The notes beneath the pieces are model-generated. The model worked only from the letters and a program-made list of their open reading frames with translations. It was not told the origin of the DNA and ran no database searches. This document shows, in pieces, positions 15,937 to 25,435 of a stretch of DNA of 58,162 nucleotides. Numbering within the stretch: position 1 is the stretch's first letter; every line of letters begins with the position of its first letter. Made by a program: the position numbers and the translations under genes. Source of the stretch: a virus (Duplodnaviria > Caudoviricetes); the IMG/VR virus record IMGVR_UViG_3300015076_000001, positions 1 to 58,162 of that record. One strand, given 5' to 3'.

Positions 15937-18159
15937 TCACCCGGACTCGCCGATGCCGATGCCTACCCGCTGATCTTCGGGCACCTGATCTGGGCGCCAC
16001 ACACCCGTGACCGAGCATCGACAGCGAATTCCACCACTGCAATCCCGATAACCACCGGTCTTGGTGAAGATCCGGTCGTAAGGGCTGAGGTCTTCGGTGG
16101 TGCAGATGAACCGACCGTCAGCGACCCGGCAGGGCTCGCATTGGTTCTTGTCGAGGATGCCGGTCTGATAGATCGACCCGACCGGTCCGGACGCGAACGT
16201 CTTGACCCTGGCTTCCGTAGTGGAGGCGTGGAGCGCCCCGCCCACCTGCGCTTGCGTGGCCGCGGTGGACCGCTGGGTGAGGGTGACGTCGACCTGTGCG
16301 GCGACCTGCTCCCCCGACGTTCCGGGGGTGGCGATGCGGGTGGCTTCCCGGCCTGCGGCGAGGGCGAGATCAGCACCGAGATGGGCGGCCACGATCTCGG
16401 CCGTTGTGTCCAGCCCGAGGTCTGCCGCCGCCGAAGCGGTGAGGGTGACCCCGGAGGCGACGCCTTCCTTCACGGCCTGCGCGGCGGCGATGGTGGCCAA
16501 TGCGAGCATGGCGTCACGGAGGACATGGGCGCCCTGATCGGTGTCCACCGTAAGACTGGTGAGCGCGGCCAGGTCGTCGGCGTTGACAGCGTCGATGATC
16601 TGCTGACGTAGCTGAACCCGTTGAGCGGCGGTGATGTCCTGCCACCGCCTCATGAGCGCGTCTACGGCTTGCTGCCATGCCTCGTCGAGCGCGGACAGGT
16701 CCGGCTGGTCGGGGGTGTCGTCGGCTGCCGCGCGGATCTGGGTGTGGTCGTGGTCCTTCGGGGCAGCCTTGGCCTGGGCTTGCGCGGGTGCCTGCTGTGC
16801 CTGGGCTTGCGCCTTCTCGTTGTCGCTGGTCATGAAGCGGTGACCGTTCCACGCATCCAACGCTTCCTGCGGGATCTCGATACCCAGCAGGGGCAGGATC
16901 AGCGGTGCCAGAGACGGGGCACCCATCACGATCTTCGTGAGGAGTCCGCGGTTGGCGTCGTCGGATCCGTCGCCGAACTCGATGGCGGGGAGGCCGTACA
17001 ACTGGGCGGCCATGGTGGGGTTGAACCCTGCCGAGGCCAACCGGACCACAGCATCGACCTTCGATGCTCGGTCGGCGTTCTCCTCTTCCGCATCCGTCGG
17101 GACCGGGGACTCGAAGTCGAAGACGACACCCTTGCCTGTCGCCCCGAACATGGGGAGGAGGCGGCCGTTGAGGGCTTGCTTCCACCGTTCGAGGCGGGGC
17201 GCGGTGAGCATCTCCGCCATCTGCGACCTGGCAGCCTTGGCGGCGGCGAAGTTGACGCCGTCGGTGAGGCCCATGGTGGCGCGGGAGATGCCCCAGGCCT
17301 CGAAGATCTGATCGCGGGACAGGTTCCGCAGCGCGGACATGTCCAGGTCCTTCATGCTGAAGGACCGGTCGACCCATTTGCCGTGCTCGAGGATGGCAAC
17401 GCGGTGGGCGTTGCGGACGCCGCGGTGCTGTTCCTGCCACCGCTGACGGAGGGTGTCGAATTCGTCGTCGGTGAGGCCTTGTTCGACTTCGATGATGCCG
17501 CCGGGCTGGGCGGAGTTGGCGAAAAAGGCGCCCGTGTAGTCCGCTGCCGCGACCGCGCCTTGCAGGTCACGCATCAGGGCCTGGACCCGGCCCAGGCCGC
17601 GGTAGGGGTTGTTGGGGTTGGGGGTGCCCTTGACCTGGATGACGTCCTCGACGTCGAGGGGGATCTTGTCGCCGTCGGGGCTCTTGTAGATCCAGCCTTT
17701 GAGGTAGTTCTTGGGGTCGGGGACTTCGATCATGCGGTCGGGGCGTACCGGCCACAGCTCGACCGGGATCTTCCCGACCTTCACCACCACGAGGAACCCG
17801 TCACCGGTGGCGGAGAGTTCGATGTGCTGCTGCACCATCTCGATCAGCGCAGCCTGCGTCATGTGCGGGTTCGGGTTCGCCCACAAATTCGCCGCGGCGT
17901 GGCGTTCCGGGGGGATGACCTCACGGTCCCCCGTAGCCCCTGCTTTGGGGATGCGGTAGAGGTCCCAGTCGGGGTTGGCGACGGCGGTGCAAACCCGGTC
18001 GACCACGGCGAACAAGGTCGGGACCATGCTCATCTGGCCCATGGGCCCGCCGTTGTCGGCGCTGAAGCCGCTCATGGTGGAAGAGCGCGTGCTCGAGTAC
18101 GGCACCGGGGCTTCGTTGCGGACGGCGGGGCGCAGAGCCTTGCCGAGGAGAGAGGCCAC
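15937..18159 (-). CDS. Portal protein fused to a Mu gpF-like (minor capsid) domain
   Basis: HK97-type portal motifs (NPNPHMT, ELWPVRPDRM, FFANSAQPGGII); C-terminal CEPC...CSGGIRCRC. Confidence 0.9.
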   Translation of the reverse strand: MASLLGKALRPAVRNEAPVPYSSTRSSTMSGFSADNGGPMGQMSMVPTLFAVVDRVCTAVANPDWDLYRIPKAGATGDREVIPPERHAAANLWANPNPHMTQAALIEMVQQHIELSATGDGFLVVVKVGKIPVELWPVRPDRMIEVPDPKNYLKGWIYKSPDGDKIPLDVEDVIQVKGTPNPNNPYRGLGRVQALMRDLQGAVAAADYTGAFFANSAQPGGIIEVEQGLTDDEFDTLRQRWQEQHRGVRNAHRVAILEHGKWVDRSFSMKDLDMSALRNLSRDQIFEAWGISRATMGLTDGVNFAAAKAARSQMAEMLTAPRLERWKQALNGRLLPMFGATGKGVVFDFESPVPTDAEEENADRASKVDAVVRLASAGFNPTMAAQLYGLPAIEFGDGSDDANRGLLTKIVMGAPSLAPLILPLLGIEIPQEALDAWNGHRFMTSDNEKAQAQAQQAPAQAQAKAAPKDHDHTQIRAAADDTPDQPDLSALDEAWQQAVDALMRRWQDITAAQRVQLRQQIIDAVNADDLAALTSLTVDTDQGAHVLRDAMLALATIAAAQAVKEGVASGVTLTASAAADLGLDTTAEIVAAHLGADLALAAGREATRIATPGTSGEQVAAQVDVTLTQRSTAATQAQVGGALHASTTEARVKTFASGPVGSIYQTGILDKNQCEPCRVADGRFICTTEDLSPYDRIFTKTGGYRDCSGGIRCRCSVTGVWRPDQVPEDQRVGIGIGESG

Positions 18160-18205
18160 GAGTACGCCCCTCCCGGGATAGGTTCAGTGGATCAAGCCGG
18201 GTCGG

Positions 18206-18385
18206 TCACCGTGACGATCGGGCGCGCCTTCGGTCACGGCGGTTAGCGACAATCGCCTTCGGTTCCGGTGGCCAGTCGATGCCGTAGGCGGCATGCAATG
18301 CCCGCTGAGACTCCAACTCGGCGCCCAGCGGTCGGGTACTCATCCGCTCGGGCATGTAGGCGCCGGGAGCGTAGGTGACCTTCAC
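18206..18385 (-). CDS. Hypothetical protein
   Basis: GAGGG SD + GTG (VKVTYAPG), upstream of portal. Confidence 0.4.
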   Translation of the reverse strand: MKVTYAPGAYMPERMSTRPLGAELESQRALHAAYGIDWPPEPKAIVANRRDRRRARSSR

Positions 18386-18395
18386 GCGTCGCCCC

Positions 18396-18614
18396 TCACT
18401 TCGAGTCGTCGCACCGCGCGACGAACAACAGGACGGCAACACCGGCCGCGATCAGCCCGGCCCTGACGTCCCACATCCAGCATCCGGCGACCATGAGGCT
18501 GAGGCCCAGAGCGTCACCGACGAAGCGGAGCCCGGCTGGGGTGACTCGTCCCGTGAGGCTCTGCGTCCTCGCCGCGAGTTGGCGAACCAGGCTCTTGCTG
18601 TTCGTGGCGTACAC
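18396..18614 (-). CDS. Small two-TM membrane protein upstream of portal
   Basis: ALGLSLMVAGCWMWDVRAGLIAAGVAVLLF. Confidence 0.6.
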   Translation of the reverse strand: MYATNSKSLVRQLAARTQSLTGRVTPAGLRFVGDALGLSLMVAGCWMWDVRAGLIAAGVAVLLFVARCDDSK

Positions 18615-18868
18615 GGGCTGCCTTCCGGGCGAATCGGACAAGATCAAAGTATCGACCTGCGAAAACGTGGCACCTGATCGAGCGCCGTCCCGAGTAGGAC
18701 TACTGTCGCCCCCGTCGCTCCCCCAGACCCCGGGCGCGCCGTCGAACCATGACGGGCGCCCGGGTTGGCGCTGGGGAGCGGCCAACCTAAGTGCCCTGCG
18801 TCGGCCCCGACACCGTGTGACCCCTCGCCGCGGTGTCGGGGCCTGTCTTCGCCCTAACCACTGCAACG

Positions 18869-19153
18869 ATGGGCGGCGTGATCGATCGCATCGACTTCCG
18901 AGACATGCCGCCCAAACCCATCCGCGAACACTGGTGCGCGTGGCTGCGCTGGCACGGCATCGAACCCAACGAGGTCATCGTTGCCGGGACCGACAGCTAC
19001 GGATGGATCGAACGGGACGAGGAGCGACGCCAGATCCGCTACCTCGGGAGCACGTTCGACGAGGCAGGTCGTCGGAGGCGTGAGCTCGTCGAGATCGTGC
19101 ACCAGTTGGAGGCCGTGCCGTCGCCGTTCCCTGCTGCCACGATGACACCGTGA
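18869..19153 (+). CDS. Hypothetical protein (counter-oriented moron gene 1)
   Basis: WCAWLRWHGIEPNEV; coupled to the next gene. Confidence 0.6.
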   Translation: MGGVIDRIDFRDMPPKPIREHWCAWLRWHGIEPNEVIVAGTDSYGWIERDEERRQIRYLGSTFDEAGRRRRELVEIVHQLEAVPSPFPAATMTP

Positions 19154-19410
19154 TCAACGACTTCCGGGTGGCTGTAGCCACCGACCTCGCCGACCTGCCC
19201 GACCACCAACGCCGTGACGTCATCGCCAAACTCCGGCAGTGGAAGCCACGCCTGGCGTCTACGCAGGGTCTGCTCGTCATCGGGTTGACCGTGCGAGCCA
19301 ACGGGGTAAGCGCGGCGGAGAAGCAGGCACGGGCCACAGTCGGGGACGTGCTGCCGTCAGGGAAGGTGACCGGGGTAGAGGTGCGGGCATCAGCGGGAGC
19401 GGCGAACTAG
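19150..19410 (+). CDS. Hypothetical protein (moron gene 2)
   Basis: GTGA overlap; 86 aa. Confidence 0.55.
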   Translation: MINDFRVAVATDLADLPDHQRRDVIAKLRQWKPRLASTQGLLVIGLTVRANGVSAAEKQARATVGDVLPSGKVTGVEVRASAGAAN

Positions 19411-19637
19411 TGGCCATCCCCGTCGTCCTCATTGGAGGTGCTCAAGATGGTCGCCGTTTCGTCTACGACGCAGACCATCCGCCAGCGATGCTGGTTTTTC
19501 CGACGCCGCCAGATCTCGGCGCGCTGACCCGCATTGACGCCGAGGCCGTGCTCCCGGTCGAGTTCGGCACGATCATCTACGTTCCCGATGGGGCACGGGA
19601 CCGTTCCGGTGATCATCGCTACCTGATCCGCCGCTAG
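19410..19637 (+). CDS. Hypothetical protein (moron gene 3)
   Basis: TAGTG overlap; VVLIGGAQDG motif. Confidence 0.55.
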   Translation: MAIPVVLIGGAQDGRRFVYDADHPPAMLVFPTPPDLGALTRIDAEAVLPVEFGTIIYVPDGARDRSGDHRYLIRR

Positions 19638-19659
19638 CTCCGATGGCTGGCATCCCCGC

Positions 19660-21237
19660 TCACATGTGACGGATGCCGGGCCGCGCCATGTTCGCCAGGG
19701 CCGCAGCGTGCGTCATCGCGTCGACCCGGTCAGGACTGTCTTGACCGGGCTGCCACGTCGCAGCCTCATGTTCTAGCTTGGGGTGCGTGCCGACCATGCA
19801 GGCGCGGCCGGTCTCGAACATCGGCGCAACCCACAGCATGCGTTCCTGCTTCGTGCCCTTCGCAGTGATCGCGCGCAGGCTCGGGCCGGACGGATGGGCC
19901 AGCACCGCGTCGACGTCCTCGACGGTGAGCTCGGCCAGTTGTTGCGTGACGAGTTCGCGGCGTTCGGTGGAGGCGTCGGGGCCGACGATCCGCGATAGCG
20001 CCTGACCGTGGTCGTGCTCGGTTTCAGCGAGCGCAGTGGCCTGTTCGACGAGGTTGGCCTGCGCGTCCTTGATGCGTTTCGGCAGCTGTGACAGCGACTT
20101 CTCGTAGGCGAGCGTGGGGGCGTTGCGCCGGACGCAGGTGAGCAACGCCATCCGCGCCCACCTGGCAACGGTCATCGGCGCGGAGAGGTCGTCCATGATG
20201 TAGATCTTGCCGGTGGCGCGATGCCAACCGGCGAGGATCATCCCGGCCTCGTCGCCGTCGCCTTCGTTGTCGGCTGGGTCCACAACCAGAGTGAGGTCGC
20301 AGCCATCGGGTAGCTGGGTGAGCCGCCAGGTGTCGAACCACTTGGACTTGAAGACGCCGCCCTCGAGTGGGGCCGGTCGTCCCTGGTAGAGCGCGGCGAA
20401 CGTTCTCTCGCCGACGTCCTTACGGGTCTGCTCCCAGTCCTCCACCGTGCGACCACGAGCGGAGACCAGCCACTCCCCCGCCGGGCGGTCGAGAGCGTCC
20501 TCGGTCTTACCGTCCGCCAACGCTGGGATGTTGACGCTCGGCCAGCCTTCGGCGATGCGCCTGCCCGCGAGGTCGTCCTCCACCCAGCGGGTCTGCACCA
20601 CGATGACGGGTGCGCCGGGGGCGAGGCGGGTGCGGGCGACCGATGACCACCAGTCGTGCAGGGTGTCCCGCACCGTCTCGGAGTCGGCGTCCTTCTGGTT
20701 ACGCAGAGGGTCGTCGATGAACAGGACATCCGCGGGCTTGCCGGTCAGTGAACCGCCGACGCCGACGGTGACCATGCCGCCGACGTGGCCGTCGAGCTGC
20801 CAGTCCGAGGCGTCCGCGTGGTCGCGCGACACCGACAGCCCAAGCTCGCGGCCGTGGGTTTGGACGTAGCCGCGGACCATCCGACCTGACGAGCGGGCCA
20901 GCGATGCAGCGTACGACGCGTAGACGATGCGCCGGTCAGGGTCGTCGGCGAGCAGCCACGTGCACAGCCAGCGTGCGATCGAGGTCTTGCCCTCTTGTGG
21001 GGGCACCGAGACGACCAGCCGGCCGTCTCGGGTCCGCGCGACCTCACGCAGCCGGTCCGCCAGCAACTCGAGCGCGGGAGTGCGGACAGTGGTCTGGTCG
21101 AACCGGGACGCCAAATCCAGCGGGGTTGGGCATTCGCGAGTGATGCGGAGCCGTGCCGCATGGGCTCGGGTTCGTGCCGCGAGCGCGGCCTGCTCTTCTG
21201 GTGACAGGTCGCGGACGAGTTCGGCGACCGCCGTCAT
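19660..21237 (-). CDS. terL: Terminase large subunit
   Basis: Walker A VPPQEGKT, Walker B LFIDD, QTRW, nuclease VVDPA and SPDRVDA. Confidence 0.93.
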   Translation of the reverse strand: MTAVAELVRDLSPEEQAALAARTRAHAARLRITRECPTPLDLASRFDQTTVRTPALELLADRLREVARTRDGRLVVSVPPQEGKTSIARWLCTWLLADDPDRRIVYASYAASLARSSGRMVRGYVQTHGRELGLSVSRDHADASDWQLDGHVGGMVTVGVGGSLTGKPADVLFIDDPLRNQKDADSETVRDTLHDWWSSVARTRLAPGAPVIVVQTRWVEDDLAGRRIAEGWPSVNIPALADGKTEDALDRPAGEWLVSARGRTVEDWEQTRKDVGERTFAALYQGRPAPLEGGVFKSKWFDTWRLTQLPDGCDLTLVVDPADNEGDGDEAGMILAGWHRATGKIYIMDDLSAPMTVARWARMALLTCVRRNAPTLAYEKSLSQLPKRIKDAQANLVEQATALAETEHDHGQALSRIVGPDASTERRELVTQQLAELTVEDVDAVLAHPSGPSLRAITAKGTKQERMLWVAPMFETGRACMVGTHPKLEHEAATWQPGQDSPDRVDAMTHAAALANMARPGIRHM

Positions 21238-21662
21238 GGCTTCGCGCGCAGCGCCATCTCCGCCGCCAGTTCGGCGACAGCGGCGTCGACATCGGCGGAA
21301 GCGTGGGTGACGGTGGCGGAGATCTTCTCCGGCGCGTCCAAGCCGTGGAGCTTCGCGCGGCGTTCCATCAGCCGGATCACGGTCTCCGCGGAGCGGACGT
21401 GACCCTTCATCGCCTGCGGCCACAGGGCCAACAGCAGCTGGTCGAGGCGTTCGAGTTCGAGGGCGAACACGACCTCGGCCTCATCCTTCGGCACCTCGGC
21501 CAGGGCTTGCTTGACGGCGCGTTGCGCGGAGCCGCGGTTGGTGTAGCCGACACGGTCTGCGATGGCGTCGTAGGTGGCTCCCGCCTTGCGGAGCTTCAAC
21601 GCTTCGCGGCGCTTCTCGGCGGCTTCGATGCGGCGGGGGGATGCCATGTCCTCAGCCATCAT
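21234..21662 (-). CDS. terS: Terminase small subunit
   Basis: HTH ALKLRKAGATYDAIADRVGY; RRAKLHGLDAP; overlaps terL. Confidence 0.85.
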   Translation of the reverse strand: MMAEDMASPRRIEAAEKRREALKLRKAGATYDAIADRVGYTNRGSAQRAVKQALAEVPKDEAEVVFALELERLDQLLLALWPQAMKGHVRSAETVIRLMERRAKLHGLDAPEKISATVTHASADVDAAVAELAAEMALRAKP

Positions 21663-23245
21663 TCCCCCGTGAAGTCGTGTGGGATGCCGTCACGGGTGGG
21701 CTTAACACCCGTGTGTTCCTGGTAGCGACGGCAGATGACGTCGACATAACCCGGGTCGAGCTCGCAAGCAACGACCGTCCGGTTCAGATGGTGGGCGGCG
21801 ATGAACTCGGGGCCGCTGCCACCGAAGGGGACGCCGATGACGTCGCCAGCCTCGCTGCTCGACTTGAAGGCCCGCTCAACCATCGCGACCGGCTTGGGGG
21901 TGGCGTGGCCCTGGCGCTCTTCGCCTGTGACCCGGGGGAACTCCCAGACGTCGCGCATGACGTCGTGGGCGTTATCGAAGAACGTGCGTGACTCGCGGAG
22001 TTGCGCGGACAGTTCCCGACGGTGGGCGTTGCCGCCGCCCTTCACCTCAGGGAACATCTCCGCGAACAGCTCGTCGTAGTCCTTGGTGAACGCGCGACCG
22101 GCCGCGGCCTGCTGCAGCGTCCAGTAGTGCTGCGCGGAGATAGGCGCGAACTGTGAGCGGCTGAACCAGTGCCCGGCCATCTGGGTGGCGGTGAGGCCGT
22201 TGACGTCCCGGTTGGTCCAGCCAACCTTGTCGCGCTCGACTTCTAACCACGCGCGCAGCGGCTCGTAGCCTTCCCAGAAGTCGTCCTTGTTCTGGTTGCC
22301 GAGGAACTGCTCGCCGCGCATGAGGAACAGGCATCGCTCGGTTGCGGTCGGGAATGAGTGCTCGAGCGCGGAGCGCATCCCGGGCGTGCTGCCTTTGTCC
22401 CAGACGATCTCGTTGCGGACGAGAAGCTCGTCGGAGGCGAGACCACCCACCCACCAGAGCCGCCACAGGTCGGGGGCGTTACCCCAGATGTAGGCGGAGC
22501 CATTCTCGGCGAGCGTGGGGAGCCATGCCTTCCACCAGCGCATCTGGAACTCGTCGAGCTTGGGGCCGTACAGGTTGTCGTTGAGGACCCCGTCGGCTTC
22601 CTTGCCCATGCCGTAGGGCGGGTCGGCGTGGATGAGGGTCAGCGTGGCCTCGCCGACGACGCGTTTGACGTCTGCCGGGTTGGTGCTGTCGCCGCAGAGC
22701 AGACGGTGGGGGCCGAGTTCCCACAGGTCGCCGAGCGCACTGACGGGCTCCGCGGGGGGGTCGGGTGTGGCGTCGTCCGGGGTGAGGCCTGCGCCGGCAC
22801 CGCCGTTGTCGTCTTCCAGCCCGTCTAAGGCCGCTTCGAGCGCTGCGAGGTCGCCTGCGTCGTAGCCGGTGCCGTCGAGGTCGGGCAGGTCGGCGAGCAG
22901 TTCAAGCAAGAGCCGGTCGTCGTACTCACCCAAGTCCGAAGACCGGTTATCAGCTGCCACAATGCGTGCGGCCTGGTCGTCGTCCACGTCCACCGTGACC
23001 GCTGCGACGGTTTCCCAGCCGAGATCACGGGCGGCCATGAGGGTGTGGTTCCCGGCCAACACCTCGTTGGGGCGGCCGGTGTAAGTACCCGCGTTGATCA
23101 GGATGGGCTTGAACTGCCCGTTGACCCGGAGCGACTGTGCGATGACTGCGGTGTTGCCACGTCGTGGGTTGCGGTGATACGTGCGCAGTTCGGCGACGGG
23201 GACGGTGGTGGTTTCGAGGTTGTGCACCCGGTTGGTTGTGGTCAC
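21659..23245 (-). CDS. ParB-like domain + N6/N4 DNA methyltransferase
   Basis: ParB N-domain (NPRRG, AGNHT, ADNR); HRLLCGDS, DPPY, HATPKP, PFGGSG; internal helical insertion. Confidence 0.9.
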   Translation of the reverse strand: MTTTNRVHNLETTTVPVAELRTYHRNPRRGNTAVIAQSLRVNGQFKPILINAGTYTGRPNEVLAGNHTLMAARDLGWETVAAVTVDVDDDQAARIVAADNRSSDLGEYDDRLLLELLADLPDLDGTGYDAGDLAALEAALDGLEDDNGGAGAGLTPDDATPDPPAEPVSALGDLWELGPHRLLCGDSTNPADVKRVVGEATLTLIHADPPYGMGKEADGVLNDNLYGPKLDEFQMRWWKAWLPTLAENGSAYIWGNAPDLWRLWWVGGLASDELLVRNEIVWDKGSTPGMRSALEHSFPTATERCLFLMRGEQFLGNQNKDDFWEGYEPLRAWLEVERDKVGWTNRDVNGLTATQMAGHWFSRSQFAPISAQHYWTLQQAAAGRAFTKDYDELFAEMFPEVKGGGNAHRRELSAQLRESRTFFDNAHDVMRDVWEFPRVTGEERQGHATPKPVAMVERAFKSSSEAGDVIGVPFGGSGPEFIAAHHLNRTVVACELDPGYVDVICRRYQEHTGVKPTRDGIPHDFTGE

Positions 23246-23348
23246 GGGCGGTCACCTGTCGCGTGGTCGGTGATGGCCAGCCATGCCCGGAGTGCGGTGT
23301 CGGTGGCGACGATCAGGCAGGCCCGTACAGCGTCAAACAGGAGGCTGG

Positions 23349-23735
23349 TCACGGTCTGACCGTAACCGGGGCGGTGGCTGGGATCGGCCACGGTGGTACC
23401 GGGGCGACACCGTGCCCATCCCAGACGGCTGCGTAGCCGTCAGCCACCATCTGCTGGGCGAGGTCGACGCCTGCCGTGGTGTCGATTTGGCAGTCCCAAC
23501 GGGCGTACTTGTCCGGGCCGAAGCAGGTCACCGTGACCGGCGTCCCGACCGGGGCAAGGGTGGCGAGGTGGACGAGCGCGGCCTTGCCTGCGGGGGTCGC
23601 GAGTTCGGCGGCGTTGATTCCCGACAACCTCACGTCGACGAGCACTGACACGTTCATGCCGAGGGAGACTGTCACCCGCAGGGTGTCGCCGTCGTGGAGG
23701 GATGCGACCGTGCCGGGATACACGCGGGCAGTCAC
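23349..23735 (-). CDS. Staphylococcal-nuclease (SNase)-like protein
   Basis: HDGDT, VRLSGINAAE, DKYAR, MVADGYA. Confidence 0.85.
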   Translation of the reverse strand: MTARVYPGTVASLHDGDTLRVTVSLGMNVSVLVDVRLSGINAAELATPAGKAALVHLATLAPVGTPVTVTCFGPDKYARWDCQIDTTAGVDLAQQMVADGYAAVWDGHGVAPVPPWPIPATAPVTVRP

Positions 23736-23944
23736 TGCGGCGACGGCCCGATCGCGGAAACGATCTGGATCACCTGCGGTAGCACGATGCCGCGGGCCTG
23801 CTCATCAGTCCAGCCCATCGCCTTTGTGCGGGACACGATGCCTTCGGCGAGGTCGAGGATGACTTGCCAGCCCTCCATGACGGGGCCCATCTGCTCGAGC
23901 ACGAGGCGGCGCATGTCGTCGGGGGTGGCTGCGGGGTCGCTCAT
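23732..23944 (-). CDS. Hypothetical protein
   Basis: 70 aa, 4-nt overlaps on both sides. Confidence 0.55.
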   Translation of the reverse strand: MSDPAATPDDMRRLVLEQMGPVMEGWQVILDLAEGIVSRTKAMGWTDEQARGIVLPQVIQIVSAIGPSPQ

Positions 23945-24195
23945 GCGTCGCTCCCGTAGGCAGCGTCACGGGCCCGGCGCAACGACCGGATGAGCCGGTT
24001 GATCTGCGCCCGGTCCAAGTCCATCCACAGGCCGGGGTCTGCCACGACACCATCGATAGCGATCTCGGATTGTGGTCCGTTGACGACGCCGATTTGGACG
24101 GTGGTGTCTCGGCCCCAGCCGACGGCGACGTGGCTGATCAGGCCGGTCGTGCCGTTGCCGTAGACGACTTCTTTCGGCATTCTTTCCTCCGTCAC
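23941..24195 (-). CDS. Hypothetical phage protein
   Basis: VGWGRD..VQIG..LDRAQINRLIRSLRRARDAAYGSDA. Confidence 0.6.
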   Translation of the reverse strand: MTEERMPKEVVYGNGTTGLISHVAVGWGRDTTVQIGVVNGPQSEIAIDGVVADPGLWMDLDRAQINRLIRSLRRARDAAYGSDA

Positions 24196-24284
24196 GGAGA
24201 GCCCATCACGGGCTTATTGGTGGGCATGAGAGGATCGGCGTTCCGCCCGAATGTCGGGCCCAATCAATCTGGGGAGATGCACGT

Positions 24285-24617
24285 ATGGCTACGCAGGTCA
24301 GCACTCGTTTTGTTGACGATCTTGACGGCTCGGACGCGTCGGAGACGATCAAGTTTGCCTATCGAGGCAAGTCGTATGAGATCGACTTGAACGACATGCA
24401 TGCGAAGGCGTGCGATGAGTCGTTCGCGGAGTGGATCGACGCCGCCCGCCTGATCAAAAGCGGCGGGAAGGTGGCTACGGTGAAGCGTGTCCCGGCAACC
24501 GCGGACCGCGAGCAGAATCAGGCTGTGAGGGACTGGGCGCGGGCGCAGGGTCTGACCGTGTCTGATCGTGGCCGGATCTCCGCCACGGTGATGACGGCGT
24601 TCCAGGCGGCGCACTAG
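24285..24617 (+). CDS. lsr2: Lsr2 nucleoid-associated protein / xenogeneic silencer
   Basis: VDDLDGS, YEIDL, VRDWARAQG.VSDRGRI AT-hook; GGAG SD. Confidence 0.93.
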   Translation: MATQVSTRFVDDLDGSDASETIKFAYRGKSYEIDLNDMHAKACDESFAEWIDAARLIKSGGKVATVKRVPATADREQNQAVRDWARAQGLTVSDRGRISATVMTAFQAAH

Positions 24618-24623
24618 CCGGTT

Positions 24624-25319
24624 CTACGCAGCAGGCAGTGCGGGGACTGTCGGCTGTACGGCGTCGCCTCTTTGAGAGAGCAGCCAGGCGAAGTCGCCGA
24701 ACGCGATCTCCGCGCCGCCGTCGACGCCCCACGGCCCCCACGAGTTGGTCATGTGTACGCGTTGGGTGGCGGGATCCCAACCGTCGACGACGAATTCGTG
24801 TCCGCCTGCGACGGCGGAGCGGGTGTCGACGATGATGCGGCCGTTCTTCGGCTCAAACATCGACTCTAAGAACACAGTCCCTACCGCGATGGGTCCATGA
24901 GCGAGGGCTGCGACAGCGACGGGGGGGCTGAAGGCGTGCCGGTAGCTGGTGATCAGGCCGCGCGCCTTGAGTGCCTTCATGGCGGCGAGCGACGACGAGC
25001 CGGTGTCATCGGGCGGATAGGTGCCGGGGAAGCCGTCGAGGACGGTTTCGTCGTGGTACAGGGCGAGTGCGTCAGCCTCGGTGTACTGGACACCAGTGGA
25101 GAAGGGGGCGGTCATCATGAGACCGAGGGCGGCATTAGCTGTGCACGACCCAACGTTCCCTTGGTCTAGGACGGGGCCGTTGCGTAGCCACCGGATCGGG
25201 CTGGCCGGGGGGCGGCGGGCCGCGCTGAGCGGATAGTTGCGGGAGCGGTCGTCGTGCCACACATGCCGGCCTAGGCGGGGGTCGGTGGGCTCGTACCGGC
25301 TGACCACAACCTGAGCCAT
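24624..25319 (-). CDS. Papain-like (C1) cysteine peptidase
   Basis: DQGNVGSCT (Gln/Cys), GGHE (His), NSWG (Asn); GAGGAG SD before ATG 25319. Confidence 0.85.
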   Translation of the reverse strand: MAQVVVSRYEPTDPRLGRHVWHDDRSRNYPLSAARRPPASPIRWLRNGPVLDQGNVGSCTANAALGLMMTAPFSTGVQYTEADALALYHDETVLDGFPGTYPPDDTGSSSLAAMKALKARGLITSYRHAFSPPVAVAALAHGPIAVGTVFLESMFEPKNGRIIVDTRSAVAGGHEFVVDGWDPATQRVHMTNSWGPWGVDGGAEIAFGDFAWLLSQRGDAVQPTVPALPAA

Positions 25320-25435
25320 GCCGCTCTCCTCACGTGGGTGTCCCGGGTGGAGGGGTCGGCTGGGCAGCCTCTGACCGGACCGGACGGGGTCGACGGTGGA
25401 CTGCTGAGCGGGTGGTCCCATGCCACCCGGGACGA

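Noticed and set aside
12484-18246. Long plus-strand ORFs (e.g. 12484-14070, 16621-18246; also 28641-30038, 30029-31471, 47710-48936)
   Set aside because: Antisense shadows of well-supported genes, expected in high-GC DNA
19870-20100. Intein in terminase
   Set aside because: Too short and no Cys...His-Asn splice motifs
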